DNA of 61,766 bases, counting the filler, from Catajapyx aquilonaris (lineage: Eukaryota), in NCBI GenBank assembly GCA_000934665.2. It is 2 parts of 2 records of this genome, joined end to end, with 100 filler letters (N's around TTAATTAATTAA, not from the genome) between each part and the next. Parts side by side here need not be neighbours in the genome. Positions count along the whole stretch, not along the records: positions 1 to 30,820 come from JYFJ02004621.1; positions 30,921 to 61,766 come from JYFJ02004622.1. One strand, given 5' to 3'. The position numbers and the translations under genes are program-made. Positions within the stretch are counted from its first letter, which is position 1, and every line of letters begins with the position of its first letter. The notes under the pieces are model-generated. The model was not told where the DNA came from. It was given only the letters and a program-made list of their open reading frames with translations, and searched no databases. Shown piece after piece: positions 12,801 to 31,965 of the stretch.

Positions 12801-13808
12801 CATTAATTTATTTCTCGCAAAGTACGACGATTCCAGCAAATTCGTCTGGCATGGTTCTCAAGGTTGTTATTCAGCATATTTTCACTGATTTCATAATTAA
12901 ATGATCCTAACAGTTGGTTGGCAGTACTCTAATTTTGAGTTTTTATAGCCCTTTTTTTGGAAATTAATTTAGGGACTTCTAGACAAAATTGTTCCACACA
13001 CATTAAAAGTGTTTTCCCTGAACGTGATAAGTATAGCTGTTATCATTTGTCAAATAAATTGTCTGTATCTTCGAAGTATACGCTTAAGCCAAAATCTACA
13101 TGGTTCAGGCCTATCTGGTAGAGAAGGAGTTAAGTTCAATAACAGCAACCATCGAGGCCACAAAGTACTATGGATTTCCAAGCTTAAGATATTGGCAATG
13201 ACTGCTATTGACCCATTGCCTTGTAAGGTCAATCACTGCAAAAAAAATTTGGAAAATATATGATGGTCTGAATCAACATGCAATTTTTTTTCCAGTTCCT
13301 CCTGTAGGCTGCAACACACTTTTTTTTTATATATACCCATGGTACTCTTTCTCCAAATATCCAACTTGTACTCAGGTGACTACTACCTCCCTTGCAAATG
13401 GAACGTTCTACAACACAGCTTTCAGACAACCCTGTCACAATACTGTTCCATACCTGGTCCGTAGAACTTCTTGCCCCGTGTGACATCAAAAACCTTGCCA
13501 TTGACCGCGATGAGTATCCGTCCGTCCTCGCCTTTCCCGTCATACTTAGCCAGCTCTTCAATCGGCATGTCCCTCTTCTTCATCCTGGGAAGCGGCGGCG
13601 TCCTCGGGGGAGCGTCCCCACCCCGGCCGGTGTTCGTTTTATTTCCACCTCCCCGAAGCAGCTTGTAGGCCAGGAAGACGATAGCAGCCACAAGGCTCAG
13701 GTTCAACGGACTGCTGATGATCTCCGAGAACAGAATCATGAAAACTCCGGCACTGCCTTCCTCCGAAGATGATGAGCTTGAATTCTCCTCCTTCACGTCT
13801 TCCGCCAT
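9717..13808 (-). CDS. PGRMC1: Membrane-associated progesterone receptor component (PGRMC/MSBP, MAPR family), complete; join(13454..13808,11477..11626,9717..9847), 211 aa
   Basis: Spliced translation MAEDVKEE...[19 protein letters not shown] (TM)...[49 protein letters not shown]...[31 protein letters not shown]...KDE*. Cytochrome b5-like MAPR motifs, all introns GT-AG, phases consistent (355+150+131=636 nt). Confidence 0.95.
10205..10580. mobile_element. Palindromic MITE in PGRMC intron 2
   Basis: Termini CAGCCCCCC...GGGGGGCTG; inner arms GGCGCCTTACCTGGCGGGGCAATTCTGAACC / GGTTCAGAATTTCCCCGCCAGGTACGGCGCC. Confidence 0.72.
11477..11626 (-). CDS. PGRMC1: PGRMC/MSBP coding exon 2
   Basis: [27 protein letters not shown] acceptor at 11628-11627, donor GTGAGT. 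Confidence 0.92.
11795..12386. mobile_element. Tc1/mariner-type MITE (CAGGGTG termini) with transposase relic
   Basis: Long TIRs CAGGGTGATT...AATCACCCTG; internal minus-strand [11 protein letters not shown] relic; second copy 33957-34536. Confidence 0.82.
12390..13129. mobile_element. piggyBac-like palindromic MITE (same family as 20070-20868)
   Basis: Long inverted arms similar to the 20070 copy; TTAA at the right end. Confidence 0.78.
13454..13808 (-). CDS. PGRMC1: PGRMC/MSBP coding exon 1
   Basis: ATG at 13808 in AAGATGGCGG context; donor G|GTATGG at 13454/13453. Confidence 0.92.
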
Positions 13809-13959
13809 CTTTGACTCCCAGGGGGGTGACCGGGTAGGGCGGGCGGGCGGGCGGCAAGGCAGGCAAGGGGCAACCGGGAGGAGGGGAGGACTGGTGGTTG
13901 TCATGGCAACCATGGACGGATATATATGGGCGCGAAAGTCCCAGGCCAGCAGGATGACA

Positions 13960-14235
13960 CTCCCCTGCCATTTTGAGTGAGCTTAGCTCTGCTCCGCCAC
14001 AGAGGAAGTTTTCCACGGGCGGCGCTAGTCTCCCTGTCCAAGACGGGTAGCGCCTTACCTAGCGGGAAATTTTGAACCATATTGCATCATCACGCACGGG
14101 GTGCTGATGCCTCTATGCCTGGTTCATAATATCCCCGCTAGGTAAGACGCCACCCATCTTGGTCAGGGAGACTTGCGCCTCCCGTGGCAAACCCCCTCGG
14201 TGGGGGAGCATGCTAAGCTCACTGGGGGGAGCAAT
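13960..14235. mobile_element. Palindromic MITE-like element directly upstream of PGRMC
   Basis: GTGAGCTTAGC...GCGCCTTACCTAGCGGGA / TCCCCGCTAGGTAAGACGC...GCTAAGCTCAC; core shared with 10205-10580. Confidence 0.65.
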
Positions 14236-14280
14236 GTACTGGGATTCTCAGGCGAGGCGGTCCCAGGTATTTCCCAGAGT

Positions 14281-14597
14281 CTCCCTGACACTCCTCTAAT
14301 ATGGTATGATAATTCGTGTTTCTTCGCCAGCCTGAAATTTGGCGCAGGCGGCGCTACAGCGTTCGCTAGGCCGCCATCTTGATCAAGGTGCAACCTTGGT
14401 GCAACCAGGGTGCAACTCGGGTCTGCCGATGCCGATGCAATGGGCTCGATCTTTCTTTCTTTTTGCATCCGCAGACTTACCGCTTTAGTGCACCTTGAAC
14501 AAGATGGCGGCAATCGCGGTATAGCGCTGCCAGCGCCAAATTTCGGGCTGGCGGAGACACACGAATTGCACTACCGTATCCATACGGCTAGGGGAGC
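14281..14597. repeat. Inverted repeat carrying two opposed YY1-type motifs
   Basis: AATTCGTGT...GCCGCCATCTTGATCAAGGTGCA / TGCACCTTGAACAAGATGGCGGC...ACACGAATT. Confidence 0.7.
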
Positions 14598-15355
14598 AGT
14601 GACATGTATTTCCATAATCTGGCGCACCTGCCGCTTGCGCTCCGTGTGAGCAAAATCACGTCTGCCAATTTTCAGATACGGAATCTCAGTCATGCTAAGA
14701 TCGTCACAATATATCAATTAGCAATAAATTGTATATTAATAAATATTAATATTGTATTCGACATCCGCCCTAAACTAATATATAAAACAACTACTTCATA
14801 GGCGGCTACCTGAACCTGCTAGTAGTGCATACTGTATCAGTAAGTTACAGACTGTATAACGTACAGGGAAAATGTCCTCAAGATTTCTTCAGATAGTGAA
14901 GATAATGGGCGCCTAATGGGCGTCCGCTACACCTGTTGTAATACCCTGCAGTTCCTAACCGTACACATGAAGTCGCCCTGATGGTACCAGTAAAAGTCTA
15001 TTAATTATTGCATTTTGTGCATCTCGTATTAATGACAAATCTTCACATTTTGGAGCCAGGGTAAAAGATTACGGGCTTACTCAGCAAATAACCACTGGTC
15101 TTACGCTGTTGTCACACTGGCATCACTTTGTTCTTTGCTGTGTGGTGGCCTATAGACTCTGTCAAGGATTTATGAAAACCTGTTTCCCAAGGTAAACTTC
15201 AGGAAAATGCACTGTAATTCTGCTGTCAGGGCATAAATTATTTTGAAATGCAAAAACCATACCAAATTTACATTTATTTTAAGCATTGTCGCTATTATTA
15301 TTTTTTAAATCTGTTCAAAAACAATACTAATCATCTGATATTACATATTACTTAA

Positions 15356-16321
15356 CCCTTTGGGCCCCAGCTATATCGCCATTGCCCAGATTTTCGTTTG
15401 TTAAACTTACATGTACTCTGAAGATAAAAAATAATATATTTTACCAATAATAACAGCTATACTTACACGTTCGTGCTCTACGCTATGCATGTGTTTGGAA
15501 CCAGTTTCCTCGTCTAGAAGCTCCTAAATTAATTTCCAAAAGGATCTCCGCAGAGCATTGCTTTACTCCCATCGCCTAGATTTTGGTTTGCACGTACTCT
15601 GAAGATAATTATTATCTTCAGAGTACGTGCAAACCAAAATCTAGGCGATGGGAGTAAATCAATACTCTGTGGAGATCCTTTTGGAAATTAATTTTGGGAC
15701 TTCTAGACAAGGAAAATTGTTCATGGAAAACACAACGTGTATCTTGGAAACAATATATTTTCCTCCTGTAGAATATTTCCAAAAATTTCCAAAAATATTG
15801 CTGTAAAACTCGAAATTGGAGTACTGCCGACCAACTGTTAGGCCAATTTAATTATGATATAATTATGTTAAAATACACTGAATAACAATATTGAGAACCT
15901 TGCCAGACGGTAGTTGCTGAAATCGTCGTACTTGGCGAGAAATCAGTGAATTTGAGAGATTTCCGAAGTAACAGGAAAGCCACAGATAATAAATAATTTA
16001 TTTCTCGCAAAGTACGACGAATTCAGCAAATTCGTCTGGCACTATTCTCAATATTTCTATTCCATGTACTTTAACATTATTATTTCATAATTAAATCAGC
16101 CTAACAGTTGGTCGGCAGTACTCAAATTTCGAGTTTTACAGTGATATTTTTGGAAATTAATTTAGGGACTTCTGGACGAGGAAAATTGTTCCCGACACAT
16201 TCAGTGTTTTACATCATCTGGTAAGTATAGCTGTTATTTTGTGTAAAATATCTTGTCTGTATCTTCAGAGTGCTCGTAAGTGGAAAACTAGGTGATGGCG
16301 GGTACAGCTGGGGCAGAACGG
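15356..16321. mobile_element. piggyBac-like MITE with internal fold-back duplication
   Basis: TTAA-CCC...CGG-TTAA; arms similar to the 20070 family; inner palindrome 15505-15715. Confidence 0.75.
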
Positions 16322-16726
16322 TTAATGTGTACCAGTACCACATCACTTACATTCGAGGCTGCTGAAAGCAGTAAATTATGATGTTGCCATCAGACAGGAA
16401 TTAAATATTCTGGTCCACTTTCTCTATATCTGCTATGTACTGTGAACTTTAAAAAAATGAACTTTACATGCTGATTCGGGAAAGGAAATTAATACTCTGA
16501 TCTACAAACGCTGCACATGTTTCTTTTTTTATTATGCTCCATACTCACATGACTTGTACTTACATCGATCAAGAAAAATGTCCAGTCATTTCACATTACA
16601 TATGAAAAAAACGAAAAGTAACCAGGGTAACAAAAACGAGAACGAAAAAGAAATATTACAATAGGCTTACCCTGAAAAGTAACAAAACACTCCTTAGATA
16701 TTGTCTTGTGAAGGTTAAATGGTAAA

Positions 16727-17813
16727 CAAATCTGACAAGGGAAGTTCACAACTTGTAAATGGAGTTACTGAATGAAACTTGGCACAATAATAGTGGCAGG
16801 TAAGTTATTCACCATAATGCAAACTGTTTTCGCAGAGCCCTACAAGGTCAAAAGTTATGACCTCTTGAAGTCAGCCCGGACAGCTTACCAAAGTGGTAGT
16901 GTAGACTGTAGAGCATTTGCAGATGAAAAGAAGCATAGCAAATTACCACTGTTGTTTTTAATAATGTGTACAAAACTAAACATGTGTGCAAAGAGAACAT
17001 TTTATTAACTACAAGTTCGTGCATTGTCGATATGTATCACTTGCATTACTAGTCAAGTCGAAGCAGTACACAGAAGGCATTTGGAACACATCAGGCCTAT
17101 TTTCCAAGTAGCCAGCGTTTTACTCAAAATCACTGAATGAAATTGGTAAACCGAGTGGCTAAAAAAAACTCCTAAAACCTGTACTGTAGGGAATAATCAA
17201 CATATCTGATATCCCCATACGTCTGAGTTCCATGATTTTGATAGTACAAATATAGCAGGTATATGGTTTTCTCCTTTTTTCCACCTCGGTAAAGGCCACT
17301 GCACATACAAACATGTTAGGCATAATTGTAAGACCATAAGGAAAGTGATCTATCACAGTCACTTAATAATAATCATTATTTATTATTAACAATTATTACT
17401 CAATTTACCAATTTCATTAAGTATTCTTTGTACAAGTACAAAGCTGGCCACTTAGAAAATATGCTTGATGTGTTCCAAACACCTTCCGATTCTACTAGTA
17501 TTGCAAGTGAAACATGCCTATGTGTGAACTTGTCATTAATGAAATGTTCTCGTTGCACACACATTTTGTTTTGAACACACTTTCACAAACAGTCATAAGT
17601 GCTAATGTACTATAATTTTATTCACGCGCATGTGCTTTACACTTCCTGCTTAGGTAAGCTGTCCCGGCTGACTCGAGGTCATAACTTTTGACCTTGTTGA
17701 GTTCTGCCGAAGCAGTTTGCATTTTGGTGAATAACTTACCCGCCTCTATTATTGTGCCAACTTTCTTTCAGGTAACTCCATTTGCAAGGCTTGACCTTTC
17801 CTTGCGAGATTTG
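16727..17813. mobile_element. Diverged long-TIR foldback element
   Basis: About 430-bp inverted arms, e.g. AAGGTCAAAAGTTATGACCTC / GAGGTCATAACTTTTGACCTT. Confidence 0.75.
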
Positions 17814-18138
17814 AGTTTTTGTCTTCTAAGTGAAATTCACATATAACTTAACTTTGTGATGGGGTGGAGTTTGTTCAACTGTACATGTACATTAACAAAT
17901 CACTGGGTCAATATGTCATGTTGCCAAATGGTCACTCTAAAGAAATTTAAACTGGACAGAACACACACACAAAAAAAAAATCACTGGCACCTTACGCAAC
18001 CATTCACTCGTTTGTGTGTTTGCTCATCCTGCTTATATTCTTATCTTTTCTTAACTTTGTATCAAATGAAAAAAAAGAGGACTAAGTCATCCACACAATG
18101 ACAACATGAAAAATAAAATAAAATAAATTACATTGTCC

Positions 18139-27506
<9,368 letters not shown>

Positions 27507-28018
27507 CTGCAAAAGAATATAATTACTTAAATTTTGTGACCAAATTCAATTCTTTGGTTTGAGCACAATACACATGGAAGAGCTGTTTACTTCACATAGC
27601 TAACATTTTAAACAATCTGAATGCTGCAATTCATACTTCAATTATTTGCAGGCTACGGCAGTAGGGGTGAACAACCACAAATTAAAATATAGCTAGGTTA
27701 TACTTACATGTCACAACAAACACTGCTGGCTGTGACCAGACCATCAGTGTTAACTAAATGTCCTTTTATGGCGTATCATTTGTTTCAAGAACTTTGAATC
27801 CTTACTGCAGTTGTCTTTAAGTCTAGGACATGATCGAGGAGTCTGTTTTATATCCCTATTGAGAGGAGCCATGACTCGGGAGGTGGCATCAAGGGTGGCA
27901 GTGTTTGTGCTGCCACACCCTCACATGATGTGCAGTAGACTTCTGCGCATAAGCATGCACATCCATCTTCGACAGACGTACTTAAATATATCACCATCAT
28001 GATATTACTTCCTATACT

Positions 28019-28484
28019 AGGCGTATTCGGCAATTCAGATTTTTCTGAGATGCGTCACGTGATATCTGAGTTGTTAGCCCCGCCCCTCAGAAGATTATTG
28101 CCGAACGGCCGAACTGAGAGACGCCCCTACCCGCCATTTGTGCTGCATCCCAGTGATGCCAATGTTCGGGCATTTCGGTGCCGTATTTCGGACGCTTGCG
28201 GGTAATGATGCGGGTAAAATGAAAATGCGGGTGAAATCGGGTATTTTCAGGTCCTCTCGCGGGGTTTTGGGGCATTTTGCATTGGCAACACTGCTGCATC
28301 CATAACATGAATTTGTTGTCCGCCATGTTTCTCAGCAAGTAAGTGAGGTCAGGAGTACACTAAGTTCCTGAGCTTGGGAAGTCAGGTAGGGCGCATACGC
28401 ACCTACTTCAGGGGGCGTGGCACCTGATTTGCCGACCATCCAAACACCCCAGGAAGTCAGATTCCTGAATTGCCGAATACGCCT
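28019..28484. mobile_element. Harbinger-like MITE
   Basis: TIR AGGCGTATTCGGCAATTCAG / CTGAATTGCCGAATACGCCT; 3-bp flanking repeat ACT. Confidence 0.7.
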
Positions 28485-29567
28485 ACTATCTCATATAAAA
28501 AAATCATGATCAGTCTTTATTGAAAGGCCCTCGAATTAATCAGAATAGATGATGAGAACATGGATACAAACAAGCCCCAGTGAACAGGAACGAACGGACC
28601 ATGCCTACTAGATTTGAATTGGCGGTTTGGGAGTCTTGGTAATAAAATAAAACAGGTTGGTCGGCACTGGATTTGCGTCGTATGAGGTCACGCATTTTGC
28701 CAAGGCCGGCAGGGTCGGCATTAAGGATCTGCCATGACGGCGGGTGGGATAAAGGCACATGTACGCAGCCCACCTCTGCTTCAGATCACGCACTACATGG
28801 ACCTTACTGCCTACCATGGCAGCATTACAAAAATTAGTGAAGTCATACAACACACATCCTGCGCTGGCCGACCGGTTTTATTTTATTACGCCGAAACTTA
28901 TGGAGGTCCCACTCTGGAAAAATCTGGAAAAAATGCTTAATAAAGTACAGAGATTTTCAAGGCCGAAGGAGGTGGCGCGATGACATAATGTCATATTTCA
29001 ACAATTAACTCTAAATATGATGCCTTCATTTTGATTTCAAAACTTTGAAGATTAAATGATCGCAATCTCGATACTGGACAACACATTCATACATCGAAAG
29101 TATCGGTGTGCCATGTAGTTAATGAGATATAGGGTGTGTTGTCCACATGTGTGCGGCCTTTTACGGGTTTTTAACAGGATTTTGAACCATTTAATTACGC
29201 CTGACCTAATGACCCTTTAAAAAAATTGATTGGTACTCTCTTCGTTTTATTGTTCCAAATTGCATTGAAATAGATAAATAGAGGGTGAAGTCCTTTGCAT
29301 GATCTGTCCTTGAATCTCCCCTGTATGACTTTCTTCGTTTTACTATAGCGCATTAAAAATTCCTGAATTTAACAGTGAAATGATAAGAGAAGAGTGATGC
29401 TCATTATGCGCACTCCCAAAAGTCCCCTGTACAGCCACACATTAACAAGAGACAATATTACTACTAATAAGCATTCTCGTGGTCAGTGTAATAACTGGTT
29501 CACAACTTCAGTGCATTGAGAGGAATCGCAATGGTTTTATAATCCATCTCATAGATACATACATATA

Positions 29568-30820
29568 CAGGGTGTATCTGAACTCAGTGCCCCGACGTAT
29601 ATGACTGCCTTCCTAGCCACCAGAGGATCAACTTATGTAGAGGAGTCACTATGTCACAGGTGGGGCCATCTGTGATGTATCATTCCAACGGCTGGTTTGA
29701 GGACCGGTTTGAGTGACAGCGTGTGGAGAGGAGTGGATAGGCCATTGTTCTCGGGGATCCGGGGGAGTTTGCGGATACATTAATTTCGCGATGTCGGGTT
29801 TGCGTCTACATTTAATTTGGCGATCTCGAAAACGGCTGGGAATTTCGCGATTATGAGGATTTTTGGCATCGGTATACCGGAGGCTAGAAATCCAACGGTG
29901 CAAGTCCGACGTCTCTGCGACACCGGGAAGTGCGAAATCTTTTTCATCCTCCTCCTCCTCCTCGGATTGGGGCTTTATATATAATGGACTCGCTTTGCGA
30001 GGCGGGGGGGCTCCGCCCCCCCACACCCCCCCTTGGGGCTGCGCCCCAATTGGCGCGCCTTCGGCGCTACGCGTTCCCGCCCGGGCCTACCCACTTACCC
30101 ACCACCGCTAGAGATCTGGTAACAATAACCTGGAGTATGTCGTCAACGGAGTCACCAATGAATCATGACAAATACCACACCTGCAACGATCAACCAACCT
30201 ACCAACCAGCCAATCAACCAACAACAATGAGCGCGCCCCACAAACAACAGTGCAAGTGCAGCCGGCCGCCACACACTTCCTCCGACAACTCCGCAAAAAT
30301 GGGTCGGAGCGAGGTGGCAATGTGGCATCTATGTTCACAGGACACCCGTGACGTCACCACTAAAGGTGCGAGTAAAAGGCAACATGACGCAATAACAGAT
30401 GACGTAGTGGAGGCGTTGAGTAGGGGAGGAGGATTCGAGGGGCCGGGCGGGCCGGCGGGGGAAGCGGGAGGTTATTGTGGGTGGTGGAGGCAATGCGATA
30501 GTGGTGCTCGTCTGTTGGCCGCCCGGGGAACCGGGGGAGTTGGCGGTATACATTAATTTGGCGATCTCAGGTTTGCGTCTACATTTAATTTGGCGATCTC
30601 GAAAACGGCTGGGAAATTCGCGGTTTTGAGGATTTTTGGATATTGTAAATCGGGTGCAAGGAATCCAACGGCGTAAGTCCGACGTCTCTCCGACCCCGGG
30701 AAGTGCGAAATCTTTTTCATCCTCCTCCTCCTCCTCGGATTGGGGCTTTATACAGGGTGTATCTGAACTCAGTGCCCCGACGTATATGACTGCCTTCCTA
30801 GCCACCAGAGGATCGATTTA
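29568..30820. repeat. Tandemly duplicated composite repeat (Tc1-type TIR plus Helitron-like modules) at the contig end
   Basis: CAGGGTGTATCTGAACTCAG... at 29568 and 30753; about 230-bp block at 29751-29980 repeated at 30523-30752; GC-rich hairpins at 29989-30075. Confidence 0.75.
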
Positions 30821-30920
30821 NNNNNNNNNNNNNNNNNNNNNNNNNNNNNNNNNNNNNNNNNNNNTTAATTAATTAANNNNNNNNNNNNNNNNNNNNNNNN
30901 NNNNNNNNNNNNNNNNNNNN
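30821..30920. other. Artificial contig spacer: 44 N + TTAATTAATTAA + 44 N
   Basis: Exactly 100 nt and symmetric; the central 12-mer (30865-30876) gives stop codons in all six frames, a classic concatenation linker. Confidence 0.95.
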
Positions 30921-31890
30921 GTATATCAGCAGACCCCTCCCCCCAAAACGGTCACGTGGTATATGGACGATCCCCAACAAGAACAAAATTCCTTGGTCAA
31001 CAGTCGATGTTCACTGATGCAAGCAGACCTCAAATAATTCCAAATAAAAATAGGGTATGTTATTCAACAGCCTATTTGGCAGCCTTCAAGATGGTCCACA
31101 ACTTGGGATCAAACATTTTATTTGTCTAATTAAATGCTCTAACATGGTTTACATACACTGTTTCACATTTATTAGAAATGAAAAGGATGTGTTGCAAGAG
31201 TAGTATACACTGGAATAATTTTTTGCGATGCTGTTCCCAGTAACATAGCTGGTCAAGTGAAACTGTTTATGCCATGTAAAATTCCCAACTGAGAAATCTG
31301 GATTTAAAAATCATGCTACTGCCATTTTTTTCCAAACTTAAAACAGCCACAGAAGGTGATGGAATTCTTTGATAACCCGGGCAAATCAACTGTCACACCT
31401 TATGTAATTTAATGCAATGCCAGGAAAGTCTACTTGTTAACGATTTGCTCATTCTTCACTAAAAGTGAGATTTTATCAAATACAAGATTGTGTAACACCA
31501 TTTGCAAAATGTGGTACCATTAAAACAGGCATTGTAAATAGAACCACACAAATTACTTCCATTGATATCAATTGCAGTGGACAATTTTCAACATATGCTA
31601 ATCTTTTGTCATTGCCATAAACTCATAAGTATCAAAATAATAGAGATTCTAAAGTGCTTCTAACGCCTTCTGTGCACATTTGAATTTTGAAAAAGTTAAA
31701 TTTCAAATCCAGATATCTCAGTTGGGGATCTAAATAGGTTAAAACTTTTTTCAGCAAATATTACTGGGAACAAGCTCACCTTTTTTGTGCAACATGAGGC
31801 AGAAATGATCCTGCAACACATTCTTGACAAAAGAAGTCAAGTTTTCTTCTAGCAAGCAAACCCCACTTGGATTTCATTCATTATTTCTCC

Positions 31891-31965
31891 CTAAAACCCA
31901 GCTTTTTGCAATTCCTTGAGTTGGTTGTGCAGCTTTTCCTCTTTGACTCTCCTGCAGTGGCTAAG
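31891..31965 (-). CDS. VPS37A: VPS37 terminal exon
   Basis: LSHCRRVKEEKLHNQLKELQKAGF-TAG; TTTTACAG acceptor. Confidence 0.9.
   Translation of the reverse strand, partial: LSHCRRVKEEKLHNQLKELQKAGF

Noticed and set aside
13809..13913. 35-aa N-terminal extension of PGRMC from upstream ATGs (ORF 13422..13913)
   Set aside because: Pro-rich GC-biased sequence right next to a TATA-like element; the ATG at 13808 has better context and gives a typical length. Not fully excluded.
29649..30805. Repeated ORFs with IKPQSEEEEEDEKDFALPG
   Set aside because: Translation of a duplicated non-coding repeat module with a (GAG)n microsatellite.
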